Source: Hyalangium minutum (GTDB lineage: Bacteria; Myxococcota; Myxococcia; Myxococcales; Myxococcaceae). Taken from it: a DNA stretch of 64,000 nucleotides. The notes under the pieces are model-generated. The model saw only the letters and a program-made list of their open reading frames with translations. It was not told the DNA's origin and searched no databases. The stretch lies in contig NZ_JMCB01000001.1 of the NCBI RefSeq assembly GCF_000737315.1, positions 558,001 through 622,000 of the forward strand, in the 5' to 3' direction. Below are positions 30,367 through 39,901 of the stretch, one piece after another. Position 1 is the stretch's first letter, and every line of letters begins with the position of its first letter. Made by a program: the position numbers and the translations under genes.

Positions 30367-31980
30367 TCAGAAGATGTAATCCGTCGTGAGGAACGACGAC
30401 TCGCGCTGGGTGAGGATGTTGTGGACCAGCGCCTTGTTCTCCGGCGTCGTCTTGGTCGCGACGATCGTCCGGATGGAGAACACGCGCAGCGCATCCGCCA
30501 CCGAGAGCGTTCCCTCCGCCGAGTCCTTGCGCCCACTGAACGGGAACGTGTCCGGCCCGCGCTGGCACTGGGTGTTCAGGTTGATGCGGCCCACCTGGTT
30601 GGCGCACGAGTCGATCAGGTGCGCAATGCGCTTCGGATCCTTCCCGAACAGGCTCAGCTGCTGCCCGAACGGCGAGTCCACCACGTAGCGGATCGCCTCA
30701 TCATCGTCCTCGAAGGGGATGATGGGGATCACCGGACCGAACTGCTCCTCGTAATACAGGCGCATCTTCGCGTTCACCGGAGACACCACCGCCGGGTAGA
30801 AGAACGAGCCGTGGATCTCTCCCCCGTTCGGGTTGAGCACCTGCGCCCCGTGCTGGAGCGCGTCATCCACCAGCCCCTTCAGGTACGCCGGCTTGCCCGG
30901 CTCCGGCAGCGGCGTGAGCGCCACGCCCGGCTCCCACGGCAGGCCCGGCTTCAGCTTCCCCACCGCGGCGATGAACTTCTCCAGGAAGGCCCCGAGGATC
31001 TTCTTGTGCACCAGCAGCGCCTTGAGCGCCGTGCACCGCTGGCCGTTGAAGGACAGCGAGCCCACGATGCACTCGTTCACCGTGTTCTCCAGGTCCGCGT
31101 CCTCCAGGATGATGGCCGGGTTCTTCGCGTCCAGGCCCAGCACCGCCTTGAGCCGGTGCGGCTTGGGGTGCATCTTCTTCAGCTCGCTCGCGCCCTGGTT
31201 GGTCCCGATGAACGCGAACACGTCCACCTTGCCGCTCTCCATCAGCGCGCCCACCGTCTCCCGGCCGCGCCCATAGATGATGTTGATGACGCCCGGCGGG
31301 AAGCTGTCGCGGAAGGCCTCCAGCAGCGGCCGGATGAGCAGCACGCCGAACTTGGCCGGCTTGAAGACCACCGTGTTGCCCATGATGAGCGCCGGGAAGA
31401 GCGTGCTGAACGTCTCGTTGAGCGGATAGTTGTAGGGCCCCATGCACAGGGCCACCCCGAACGGCACGCGGCGCACTTGCCCCAGGATGCCCTGCTCCTG
31501 GACGAACCGCGCCGAGTTGCGATCCAGCTCCTTCAGCGCATGGATGGTGTCGACCAGGTAGTCCTTCGTCCGGTCGAACTCCTTCTCCGCATCCTTCTGC
31601 GTCTTGCCGATCTCCCACATCAGCAGGTTCACCACCTGCTGCCGCTTCTCTTGCATGTGGACGATGAAGCGCTCCACGTGCTCGATGCGCTCGGCCACCC
31701 GCATGGTGGGCCACACGCCACGGCCCAGGTCATACGCCCGCACCGCCGCGTCGAGCGCCGCCAGCGACTCCTTGGAGGTGAGCAGCGGCGTGGCGCCGAT
31801 GACCTTCTGCTCCAGTCCCTTCTCCGTCTTCACGCACACGGGGCTGCGGACCGGCGCCAAGTCTCCCTCCCAGATGAGGAGCTTGCCGTCGACGAGGTAC
31901 TCACGTTGCTCGGTGTGCTCGGGAATGCGGGCGGAGGCCGGGACCTCGGCCGAGAAGAGATTTTCGAACGTGTTCGACAT
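30367..31980 (-). CDS. gapN: NADP-dependent non-phosphorylating glyceraldehyde-3-phosphate dehydrogenase (ALDH superfamily)
   Basis: GPYNYPLNE, VVFKPAK, SFNGQRCTA catalytic Cys, EEQFGPV, QRGPDTFPF. Confidence 0.85.
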   Translation of the reverse strand: MSNTFENLFSAEVPASARIPEHTEQREYLVDGKLLIWEGDLAPVRSPVCVKTEKGLEQKVIGATPLLTSKESLAALDAAVRAYDLGRGVWPTMRVAERIEHVERFIVHMQEKRQQVVNLLMWEIGKTQKDAEKEFDRTKDYLVDTIHALKELDRNSARFVQEQGILGQVRRVPFGVALCMGPYNYPLNETFSTLFPALIMGNTVVFKPAKFGVLLIRPLLEAFRDSFPPGVINIIYGRGRETVGALMESGKVDVFAFIGTNQGASELKKMHPKPHRLKAVLGLDAKNPAIILEDADLENTVNECIVGSLSFNGQRCTALKALLVHKKILGAFLEKFIAAVGKLKPGLPWEPGVALTPLPEPGKPAYLKGLVDDALQHGAQVLNPNGGEIHGSFFYPAVVSPVNAKMRLYYEEQFGPVIPIIPFEDDDEAIRYVVDSPFGQQLSLFGKDPKRIAHLIDSCANQVGRINLNTQCQRGPDTFPFSGRKDSAEGTLSVADALRVFSIRTIVATKTTPENKALVHNILTQRESSFLTTDYIF

Positions 31981-32063
31981 AGAGGCTCCCCAAATAATCG
32001 GGCGAGAAACGCACCGCCGAGCATTCTGTCATGGGGAGCCCCTCAAGGCTCGTCGTGCCGCCG

Positions 32064-33512
32064 CTACCGCACCTGGATGGCGTCAGCGATGACGTAGGAG
32101 CCCGCCGTGGTCCAGCGGCTCAGCTGCACCTTGTTCCACCCCGCCGTGAAGCTCCACGTGCCGAGCGTGTTCCACTTGCCACCGTTGAGCTGCTGATTCA
32201 CGTTCACCGTGGCCAGCTTGGTGCCAGACGCGTTCGAGACGATGAACGGCGCCGTCGTGGAGCGGTCCGAGGCCGCCGTCCACCACGCATCGATCGTCTT
32301 GGTCGCCGCCGCGGGCAGGTAGAACCAGAACGTCGCCGGCTCGGACAGAGCCGCCGTCGGGGACGCGTAGTATCCCGAGCCGTAGTAGCCCGCCACGTTC
32401 GTGGACGAGGTCCAGCTGGTGCCCGCCAGCTCGATGTAGCCCTTGGAGGTGTCGTTGTTGGCGTTGTTGCTGTCGATGACCAGTCCCGCAGGCGTCGTGG
32501 AGCCAGTCCACAGATACGTCACGGTGACCCAGTCGTTGTTGCTCATTCCCAGGTCGTACCAGAACGTCCCATCCGCGAGGTCGATGCCCGCGGGGTTCGC
32601 AGGACGGCGGCCGAACTGATCCAGCCCTCCGTTGTAGTTGTTCTCGTACGCGGCCTGAGACTCGGGCTTGCCCTGCGGCAGGTCCTTCCACATCTCGCGG
32701 ACGCTCGAGAGGTTCCAGTAGTCGTCCTTCGTGTTCCAGGGGCCGATGTCCCAAACGGAGGCCGTGGTGCACTTGCCCGTCACCGAGTAGCACACGCGCA
32801 CCTGGTACTCGTTGCCGCCGTTGCTCGCCAGTGCCCGGCGCGACGGCAGCGCCACGAAGCGATCACTCGTCTTGATGACATGGCCGTTGGCCGTGGTGCC
32901 ACCCACCAGGCCCTCGCGCGTGGCGTAGACCCGGTAGCTCAGCGCCGCCAGCGGCTGGTAGCCGGCCTGGGCGGTGACGCCCTCCAGCGTGCCCTCCAGC
33001 TGGACCTCCTGCACCGAGGGCCCGCGGCCGTGCTCATCCGCCGTGAGCGCGAGCCGGACCTGCACCTCCGAGCCGGCCACCGGCAGCCGCATGGCCTCAC
33101 CCGCGCTGGAGGTGCTCCACTCGCTCCAGCCGCCGTGGGGCGTCCGCACGCGGACATCGACCTCGACGCTCATCCCCGGCTCGGCCTTCGTCTGCAGCAC
33201 CGGGCGCACCGTGTCCACGGGCTGCTCCAGCGTGCGAGCCGGGAACGTATAGAGGCCCATGAGCCGCATCTGCCCCTCTGGGCGACGCATGACGGCGTAG
33301 GGCTCGAACAGCAGGCCATCGCGGGTGCGCACGAGCTCGCCCGTGCCCTCACCGGTAGCGAGTTCCTCCGCCCAGCTCACGGCGGCGGGGCTCTGCGGAG
33401 CGCGGAGAGACGCCTGGGTGGGCTCCGGGGCCGCCTCGGCCAGCGCGGCACTGGCCGAGAGAGAAGCTCCCAACATCATTGTCAGCAGGGTGGACCGCCA
33501 CTTCGAGCGCAT
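32064..33512 (-). CDS. Secreted protein: RlpA/DPBB-like central domain plus C-terminal golvesin-like domain
   Basis: Signal peptide; [14 protein letters not shown]...FVALPS...VWDIGPWN...GIDLADG; C-terminal [14 protein letters not shown]...YVIADAIQV. Confidence 0.7.
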   Translation of the reverse strand: MRSKWRSTLLTMMLGASLSASAALAEAAPEPTQASLRAPQSPAAVSWAEELATGEGTGELVRTRDGLLFEPYAVMRRPEGQMRLMGLYTFPARTLEQPVDTVRPVLQTKAEPGMSVEVDVRVRTPHGGWSEWSTSSAGEAMRLPVAGSEVQVRLALTADEHGRGPSVQEVQLEGTLEGVTAQAGYQPLAALSYRVYATREGLVGGTTANGHVIKTSDRFVALPSRRALASNGGNEYQVRVCYSVTGKCTTASVWDIGPWNTKDDYWNLSSVREMWKDLPQGKPESQAAYENNYNGGLDQFGRRPANPAGIDLADGTFWYDLGMSNNDWVTVTYLWTGSTTPAGLVIDSNNANNDTSKGYIELAGTSWTSSTNVAGYYGSGYYASPTAALSEPATFWFYLPAAATKTIDAWWTAASDRSTTAPFIVSNASGTKLATVNVNQQLNGGKWNTLGTWSFTAGWNKVQLSRWTTAGSYVIADAIQVR

Positions 33513-33671
33513 GAATGAACTCCTTGGGGGGAACAAGGGATTTTCCGTCTTCACTGTTTGTTTTGATTCACAGCAAATTCTTAGAATTCGCTTCTTTCTA
33601 GATGAGAGCCCGAGCGGTCCGCTGTCCACAAGAAAAGAGAATCCTCCTCCGACCTGCTATCAGGACGCCCC

Positions 33672-35297
33672 GTGACGTCCTCGTTCTCGAGCGCCTGGCT
33701 CCGCGGAGATCCGCGGGCTCTCTCCTTCCTTCCGGATCGCTTCCGCCACCGCGCCTCCCGCGCCGAGGCAGTGGCTGCGGCCGCCTCTCGCGCGGTGTCC
33801 CCCGCGCTGCTGGACGTGCTCGTGGCCCAGAATGCACGGCTCGCGCCGAGCCCCGCCCGTGAGCGCCACCTGGAGCTGCTCGGCCGCCCTGGCACCGTTG
33901 CCGTGGTGACGGGGCAACAGGTGGGACTCTTCCTGGGGCCCCTCTTCACGCTCTACAAGGCGGCCTCGGCCATCACCGCCGCCCGGGCCCTCACGGAAGA
34001 GACGGGCCGGCCCTGCGTCCCCATCTTCTGGCTGCAGACCGAGGACCACGATCTCCCCGAGATCGATCACTGCCTCACCCCGCGCGGCACTGGCGAGCCC
34101 CTGCGCTCGGCCCTGGAGCACCCAGACGCGGCCACCTCGCGGGCTCCCGTGGCCTACCGTCGCCTGGGGGAGAACGTCACCCGCGCCCTGACGGCCCTGC
34201 GCGCCGAGCTGGGTCGGGAGTCCCTCGCAGCTGAGCACCTGGAGCTGCTGGAGCGGGCCTATCGCCCTGAGGCCCCGATGGTGGAGGCCTTCGCTCAGGT
34301 CCTCTCTGCCATCTTCGCGGACGAGGGGCTCGTGTTCCTCGATCCGCGCGACGCACGTCTGGCGCCGCTCGCCGCGCCGATCCACCGCAGAGCCATCGAG
34401 GAAGCCTCGGCCATCGCCTCCGCGCTCGCCGAGCGGGGCAACGCCCTCACCGAGGCTGGCTTCTCCGAGCAGGTCCACATCCGTCCGGGCTCGCCGCTCA
34501 GCTTCTTCTCTCCAGAGGGCCCCGAGGGTGCGCGCTACCGGCTCGACCCCACCGCGCCCGGCAGTTGGAGCCTCGTCAGCCACCCGGAGGGCGCGTCCGT
34601 GACGACAGCCGAGCTCCTCGGCTGGCTCGAACGTGAGCCGCTCCGCTTCACGACCTCGGCCCTGGTGCGTCCTCTCCTCCAGGACACGTGGCTACCCACG
34701 GCCGCGTACGTCGGAGGCCCCGGAGAGATCGCCTACTTCGCCCAGCTCGCGCCGCTCTACCAGCACCTGGGGCTCCCGATGCCGCTCGTGGTGCCACGAG
34801 CCCGGTTCCGGGTGCTCGACGACCGCACGCGCAGCCTGCTCGACAAGCTGGGCCTCTCCCCGGACGACGTGAGCACGCCACGTGACGAGCTGCTGGCCCG
34901 CCTCGCCGCCCGGAGCGCAGGGGAAGGCTTCGATCCCCCCGAGGCCGTCGAGGCCCGGCTCATGGGTGCCCTGGCCCCCGAGCTCTCCCGCCTCGGCGAG
35001 CGCATGGCCACGCTCGACCCGAGCTTCGCCCATGCCATCGAGCGCACCGAGGAGAGCGTCCGGACTGCCCTCTCGCGCCTCGTGGCCAAGTACGGGCGCG
35101 CCGTCGCCCAGCGGGATCAAGTCACCGTCGAGCGCTTGGATCGGCTGCGGACGTACCTCGTCCCGCAGGGCGCGCCGCAGGAGCGCATCTACAGCCTCCC
35201 CTACTACGCGTGCCGCTTCGGGACCCGCGGCTTCACCCGGCTCGTGCTCGAGGCATGTGAGCCCTTCTCTGGAGAACTGAAGGACCTGAAGCCATGA
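33672..35297 (+). CDS. bshC: Bacillithiol biosynthesis cysteine-adding enzyme
   Basis: [64 protein letters not shown]. Confidence 0.93.
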   Translation: MTSSFSSAWLRGDPRALSFLPDRFRHRASRAEAVAAAASRAVSPALLDVLVAQNARLAPSPARERHLELLGRPGTVAVVTGQQVGLFLGPLFTLYKAASAITAARALTEETGRPCVPIFWLQTEDHDLPEIDHCLTPRGTGEPLRSALEHPDAATSRAPVAYRRLGENVTRALTALRAELGRESLAAEHLELLERAYRPEAPMVEAFAQVLSAIFADEGLVFLDPRDARLAPLAAPIHRRAIEEASAIASALAERGNALTEAGFSEQVHIRPGSPLSFFSPEGPEGARYRLDPTAPGSWSLVSHPEGASVTTAELLGWLEREPLRFTTSALVRPLLQDTWLPTAAYVGGPGEIAYFAQLAPLYQHLGLPMPLVVPRARFRVLDDRTRSLLDKLGLSPDDVSTPRDELLARLAARSAGEGFDPPEAVEARLMGALAPELSRLGERMATLDPSFAHAIERTEESVRTALSRLVAKYGRAVAQRDQVTVERLDRLRTYLVPQGAPQERIYSLPYYACRFGTRGFTRLVLEACEPFSGELKDLKP

Positions 35298-36100
35298 CCG
35301 CGACCGGCCCCAGCTATGGCCTCGATGTGCTCGCGTTCGGGCCTCACCCCGATGATGTGGAGCTCTTCTGCGGAGGGCTCTTGGCGAGCCTGGCCAGCCG
35401 GGGCTACCGCACGGGCATCGTCGACCTAACGCGCGGGGAGAAGAGCTCCCGAGGCACGCCCGAGACCCGCGCCGCGGAGACCGAGGCCGCCTCGCGAGTG
35501 CTGGGCCTCTCGATGCGGGAGAACCTGGGCCTGCCCGATGGCTGGGTCACGCCGTGGGCTGGCTTCGAGGGACATGACACCGAGGGTGCAGTGACGGCCC
35601 CCGTGGCCCGGGTGGTCGAGGTTCTCCGGCGGCTGCGCCCCGAGCTCGTCATCGCCCCCTGGGAGAAGGAGCGCCACCCGGATCACGAGGCCACCAGCGC
35701 GCTCGTGACGCGCGCCCTGTTCTTCGCGTCCGTCCGCAAGTTCGAGACGGAGCCGCCCTCGGAGTCCTTCACCCCGAGACAGGTCCTCTATTACCCGATG
35801 CGGCACCTGGCCGAACCGAGCGTGGTCATCGACGTGACCGCAGCCTTCGAGCGCAAGCAGGAGGCGATCCTCTGCTATGCGAGCCAGGTGCAGCCCCGCG
35901 CGGACGCTCCGCCTACCCTGGTGGGCTCGCCGCTGTCGCTCAGCTCGCTCGAGGCGCGTGACCGCTTCTACGGCGCTCAGATTGGCGTGGCCTACGGCGA
36001 GCCCTACGTGCTCCGGGAGACCCTGGGCCTGGCCGATCCGGTGGATCACTTCCGCCGGAATAGCTTCGCCCGGCCGCTGTTCTTCCCCGAGCGCCGATGA
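35294..36100 (+). CDS. bshB1: Bacillithiol biosynthesis deacetylase
   Basis: [36 protein letters not shown]; overlaps bshC and bshA. Confidence 0.9.
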   Translation: MTATGPSYGLDVLAFGPHPDDVELFCGGLLASLASRGYRTGIVDLTRGEKSSRGTPETRAAETEAASRVLGLSMRENLGLPDGWVTPWAGFEGHDTEGAVTAPVARVVEVLRRLRPELVIAPWEKERHPDHEATSALVTRALFFASVRKFETEPPSESFTPRQVLYYPMRHLAEPSVVIDVTAAFERKQEAILCYASQVQPRADAPPTLVGSPLSLSSLEARDRFYGAQIGVAYGEPYVLRETLGLADPVDHFRRNSFARPLFFPERR

Positions 36101-37260
36101 CTGACCGCCTGAACCTGGCCATTACCTGTTTCCCTACCTTTGGAGGCAGTGGCCTCATCGCGACCGAGATCGGTCTGGCGATGGCGGAGCGCGGCCACCG
36201 CGTCCACTTCATCGCGCGTGATGTGCCCGTGCGCCTGCGCGGCACGCACCCGCAGATCCTCTTCCACGAGGTGACGGAGAGCGACTACCCGGCGCTCCAG
36301 CACTCGGGGACGTACCCGCTGGCGCTCGCGTCCAAGATGATCGAGGTGGCCAGCTACGAGTCCCTGGACATCCTGCACGTGCACTACGCCGTGCCCCACG
36401 CCACGGCGGCGTGGATGGCTCGCGAGGTGCTCGGGCCCAAGGCGCCGCGCATCGTGACGACGCTGCACGGCACGGACACGACGCTCATCGGCACGGATCC
36501 CAGCTACCTGCCCATCACGCGCTTCTCCATCCTGCGCAGCGATGCGGTGACGGTGCCCTCCGCATACCTCCGCCGGGCGACCTGGGAGGGCTTTGGCATC
36601 CCGGAGACCTTCCCCATCGAGGTCATCGCCAACTTCGTGGACACGGTGCGTTACGCGCCCGTGCGCTCGCGAGCCTGCCTGCGGCCGATCTTCCCAGACC
36701 TGGCGGACACGGAGCCCGTGCTCATCCACGTCTCGAACTTCCGGCCGGTCAAGCGCATTGGCGATGTGGTGGCCACCTTCGCCGAGGTCCACCGTCAGCG
36801 GCCGAGCCGGCTGATCATGATCGGAGACGGCCCCGAGCGCTCCCCAGCCGAGCGCAAGCTCCGGGAGCTGGGCCTGGAGGGCCGCGTGGCCTTCCTGGGG
36901 AAGCAGGACCAGTTCGTGGAGCTGCTCGGTGCGGCCGACGTCTTCCTGCTTCCGAGCGAACAGGAGAGCTTCGGTCTGGCCGCGCTCGAAGCGCTGAGCT
37001 GCGGCGTGCCCGTGGTCGCTACTACCATCGGTGGCATCCCGGAGCTGGTGGACCTGGGAGAGACCGGCCTGCTGTCACCGGTGGGCGACGTGGAGGGCAT
37101 GGCCCGTCACGTGCTCTCGCTGGTGAGCGACCGAGAGCGCTGGACCGCCTTCTCGCGGCGGGCTCGGGAGCGCGTCCTCGAGCGCTTCCGGCAGGACCCG
37201 GCCATCGACCGCTACGAAGCGCTCTACCGGCGCCTCGTAGCGAGTGGCTCGGGCCGCTGA
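36097..37260 (+). CDS. bshA: N-acetyl-alpha-D-glucosaminyl L-malate synthase (GT4)
   Basis: CFPTFGGSG, LHVHYAVPHA, TTLHGTD, HVSNFRPVKR, ESFGLAALEA. Confidence 0.95.
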   Translation: MTDRLNLAITCFPTFGGSGLIATEIGLAMAERGHRVHFIARDVPVRLRGTHPQILFHEVTESDYPALQHSGTYPLALASKMIEVASYESLDILHVHYAVPHATAAWMAREVLGPKAPRIVTTLHGTDTTLIGTDPSYLPITRFSILRSDAVTVPSAYLRRATWEGFGIPETFPIEVIANFVDTVRYAPVRSRACLRPIFPDLADTEPVLIHVSNFRPVKRIGDVVATFAEVHRQRPSRLIMIGDGPERSPAERKLRELGLEGRVAFLGKQDQFVELLGAADVFLLPSEQESFGLAALEALSCGVPVVATTIGGIPELVDLGETGLLSPVGDVEGMARHVLSLVSDRERWTAFSRRARERVLERFRQDPAIDRYEALYRRLVASGSGR

Positions 37261-38106
37261 CTACTTCTTGTTCTTCCAGTCCGCGAGCGCCTGGGCGACC
37301 GCGTCCTTGAAGAAGAAGTTGGGGTCCTTCTCGCCGAGCTCCCACGACGCCTGGGCGAACTTCCGGGCCTCCGTGTAGTTGCCCTTCTGCGCGAGGACCT
37401 CCGCCTTGGTCCACTGGTTGTACCAGGTCGGCTGGATGGCGATGGACAGGTCCGCGTACTTCAGCGCCGCGTCGAGGTTCTTCGTGGTCTCCAGCTCATA
37501 ACGAGCCGCGGCATTGGGGGCGCGCCATGCGCCATCAACGGCCGCCTTGATGTTGGCCTGGGCCTGGGCGGCAGTGTCCACCTGGATGGGCACGGAGACG
37601 CGCAGCTTCTCCCACTCCAGGTCGAGCGTGGTGCCGTTGTCCGTGGTGTTGGAGAAGAGGAACGTCAGCCGCTCGCGGAGGGGAATGGCGGCGGTGGTCG
37701 CGGGGACGCGGACGACATCGTCCTTGGCGTCATAGGTCTTCCCCTGCCACAGGCCCAGCTCCTTGCTCAGCACCACGGTCCAGCCCTTCTGCGCGGGCAG
37801 GGTGACAATGGCATAGGTGCCCGCGGGCACGGGCTTGCCGCCGAAGGTCACGTCGCGGCTGAAGGTGATCTTCGTCGAGGCATTGGCGCCCGTGCGCCAC
37901 GGCTTCTCCCAGGGAACCAGGTCGCCCCAGATCTTGCGGCCCTTGACAGCGGGGCTGGAGTACTCGATCGAGATGTCGGTCAGGCCCACCTCTTGCGAGA
38001 CCTTGGCGCCCGGGCTGGGAGCCGGCAGCTTGAGCTGAGCGGCTGCGGGGCCCGCGGCCAGAACCACCAGAGCAGCACACACGTATCCGAAGACAGAGTT
38101 CTTCAT
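37261..38106 (-). CDS. DUF2911-like secreted protein
   Basis: PSPGAKVSQEVG, YSSPAVKGRKIWG.LVP, WRTGAN, GTYAI motifs; C-terminal TPR-like helices. Confidence 0.88.
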   Translation of the reverse strand: MKNSVFGYVCAALVVLAAGPAAAQLKLPAPSPGAKVSQEVGLTDISIEYSSPAVKGRKIWGDLVPWEKPWRTGANASTKITFSRDVTFGGKPVPAGTYAIVTLPAQKGWTVVLSKELGLWQGKTYDAKDDVVRVPATTAAIPLRERLTFLFSNTTDNGTTLDLEWEKLRVSVPIQVDTAAQAQANIKAAVDGAWRAPNAAARYELETTKNLDAALKYADLSIAIQPTWYNQWTKAEVLAQKGNYTEARKFAQASWELGEKDPNFFFKDAVAQALADWKNKK

Positions 38107-38267
38107 GATCCTCACGGTCCTTACTCCAGGAAGGTGAAAGAGAGGCCGGTCTCTATAGACTGGGCCCTGACCTCCGCCAACGCTTTCCAGCGCGCGCAGG
38201 CGTCAGATCGAGGGCCGATGCTGCGTCGCGTGCATCAAAAGACCTTTTAACGAGTGAAGAGAACGTC

Positions 38268-39011
38268 ATGGCCAAGCTGAACCAGATCATCGCCGTCGAG
38301 AAGGGCATCAAGAGCCGCTCCCACCAGGAGCTGAGCGATGCCCACCATGCGCTGCAGAAGCCCCAGCTGCTGTCGGGCATCTCGCGCACGTATCAACCCC
38401 GGGACGAGGAAGGTGAGAAGTTCCCCCCCGAGTCCACCCGCGTTCAGATGCGCGCGGAAGAGATGCTCAAGAAGACGCAGGAGATCCTCACCCGCCTCTT
38501 CGATGTCACCGCCACCAAGGACGTGACCAACTGCCGCGCCAAGGCGGACGTCGTCGTCGACGGCAAGGTCCTCCTCAAGAACGTGCCGGCCACGTACCTC
38601 CTGTTCCTGGAGAAGCAGCTGGTGGACCTGCAGACCTTCGTGAAGAAGCTGCCTGCGCTGGACCCCAGCGAGACGTGGGTGCCGGATCCCGCTCAGGGCC
38701 TCTGGGCCACCGAGCCCGTTCAGACGGCCAAGACGAAGAAGGTTCCCCGCAACCACATCAAGGCCGAGGCCACGGACAAGCACCCCGCCCAGGTGGACGT
38801 GTACTACGAGGACATCGTGGTCGGTTACTGGAAGACCGTGAAGTACTCGGGTGCCTTGCCCGCCTCCCGCATCGAGGACATGCTCGAGCGCGTGGAGAAG
38901 CTGCAGCAGGCCGTGAAGTTCGCCCGCGAGGAGGCCAACAACGCCGAGGTCGAGGAAATGAAAGCCGGAGACGCTGTGTTCGGCTACGTGTTTGGTGAGC
39001 GTTCGCGCTGA
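38268..39011 (+). CDS. Conserved coiled-coil protein of unknown function (architecture reminiscent of DIP1984/DUF6847-like helical hairpin proteins)
   Basis: MAKLNQIIAVEKG, EEGEKFPPE loop, PATYLLFLEKQL, YSGALPASR...AVKFAREEAN; strong coding bias; family link is by eye only. Confidence 0.85.
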   Translation: MAKLNQIIAVEKGIKSRSHQELSDAHHALQKPQLLSGISRTYQPRDEEGEKFPPESTRVQMRAEEMLKKTQEILTRLFDVTATKDVTNCRAKADVVVDGKVLLKNVPATYLLFLEKQLVDLQTFVKKLPALDPSETWVPDPAQGLWATEPVQTAKTKKVPRNHIKAEATDKHPAQVDVYYEDIVVGYWKTVKYSGALPASRIEDMLERVEKLQQAVKFAREEANNAEVEEMKAGDAVFGYVFGERSR

Positions 39012-39072
39012 CCAAAGAGTTTGGAGTGCAAGCTCAAACTGAAACTCAAATTGATGCCGAGCGGTCCCTCTT

Positions 39073-39151
39073 CCGCCGTCAGTGCAGGTTCGAGCCCTGC
39101 CCCCGCCACTCCCCTGCGGCGGGGTAGCCCAACCCCGGTAGAGGCAAGCGG
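39073..39151 (+). ncRNA. Circularly permuted tRNA-like domain 1
   Basis: T-arm GCAGG-TTCGAGC-CCTGC (39084-39100); acceptor CCCCGCC (39101-39107) pairs with GGCGGGG (39118-39124) across a 10-nt loop; then TA and D-arm GCC...GG..GGC; anticodon-stem equivalent CCGCC/AGCGG. Confidence 0.75.
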
Positions 39152-39241
39152 TAGGAGCCCGTGGAGCACCCCAGGTTCAGACTCTCACTCCAGACTGAGC
39201 ATCCGCTGTCGCAGGCCTAATCGAACGTTTGCCGCCCCTCC

Positions 39242-39321
39242 CCCCGAGATGCTGGTGCAATTCCAGCCCGCCTCTTTCGCAGCACCCTTCTGAGGCGGTA
39301 GCTCAATCGCAGAGCGCGGGG
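39242..39321 (+). ncRNA. Circularly permuted tRNA-like domain 2
   Basis: CCCCG, AGAT, T-arm GCTGG-TGCAATT-CCAGC (39251-39267); CCGCCTC (39268-39274) pairs with GAGGCGG (39292-39298); then TA, D-arm GCTC-AATCGCA-GAGC, G, CGGGG. Confidence 0.8.
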
Positions 39322-39376
39322 CCTCAAACTCAGCGGCAGACTTAAACGTGTAGGCCTCACGAAATGGCAGCACCCC

Positions 39377-39418
39377 GAGCCCGGCCAGGAGGATACCCTG
39401 GTCGGGCTCACTTTTTTT
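39377..39418 (+). terminator. Rho-independent terminator closing the protein-plus-ncRNA unit
   Basis: 13-bp stem GAGCCCGGCCAGG/CCTGGTCGGGCTC, 7-nt loop, followed by T7. Confidence 0.85.
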
Positions 39419-39427
39419 CAGCGGCCC

Positions 39428-39901
39428 TCAGGCCTCCTTGAACACGGAGCGCCCGCCCCCAGCGGCAAACGGGCTCACGTACGGCATGACGGCCAGCTCC
39501 GCCCAGGTGTCGTGGAGCCCATCGAGGTACCGCACCGGGACTCCCGTCAGGTCCGCGCCGTCCAGGCAGTTCAGGTTCACCGAGTAGAACGCCCCTCCCA
39601 GCTCCGGGATGTCACCGTGCCCGAAGGTACGGACCCCACAGACCTTGCAGAACCGGGCATGCCCGGCCTCGTAGCGCGAGTAGTCCCCCAGCACCTCCTG
39701 GCCGGAGAGGAGCCGGAAGGCACTCGGCTTCATCAGCACGCCCCACGACCCCGTCTTCGTGCACACCGTGCAGTTGCACCGCGTCGTTCCCTGGCTCGGG
39801 TCGAAGTCGGCCTCGAAGCGCACGGCGCCGCACTGGCAGCTGCCTCGATAGGTCTGGAAGCCAGCGGTCTTCGTCGTCTGCGTGGAGGGGGCGTTGCTCA
39901 T
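39428..39901 (-). CDS. GFA/CENP-V family Zn-binding protein
   Basis: GSCQCGAVRF, RCNCTVC and FCKVCG Cys motifs; VNLNCLD. Confidence 0.9.
   Translation of the reverse strand: MSNAPSTQTTKTAGFQTYRGSCQCGAVRFEADFDPSQGTTRCNCTVCTKTGSWGVLMKPSAFRLLSGQEVLGDYSRYEAGHARFCKVCGVRTFGHGDIPELGGAFYSVNLNCLDGADLTGVPVRYLDGLHDTWAELAVMPYVSPFAAGGGRSVFKEA

Noticed and set aside
39118-39200. Reading unit 1 as an ordinary tRNA starting at GGCGGGG, with a GGA (Ser) anticodon-like loop
   Set aside because: Position 33 is A, the downstream GGTTCAGA has no pairing T-stem, and no 3' acceptor strand follows; the perfect T-arm and acceptor strand lie upstream, so only the permuted fold works
39292-39345. Possible selC (tRNA-Sec): a CCTCAAA loop with TCA follows the D-arm, and a Sec-FDH is nearby
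   Set aside because: No 8-bp acceptor, 6-bp D-stem, long variable arm or downstream T-arm; the TCAAA overlaps the hexamer tract and is probably coincidental
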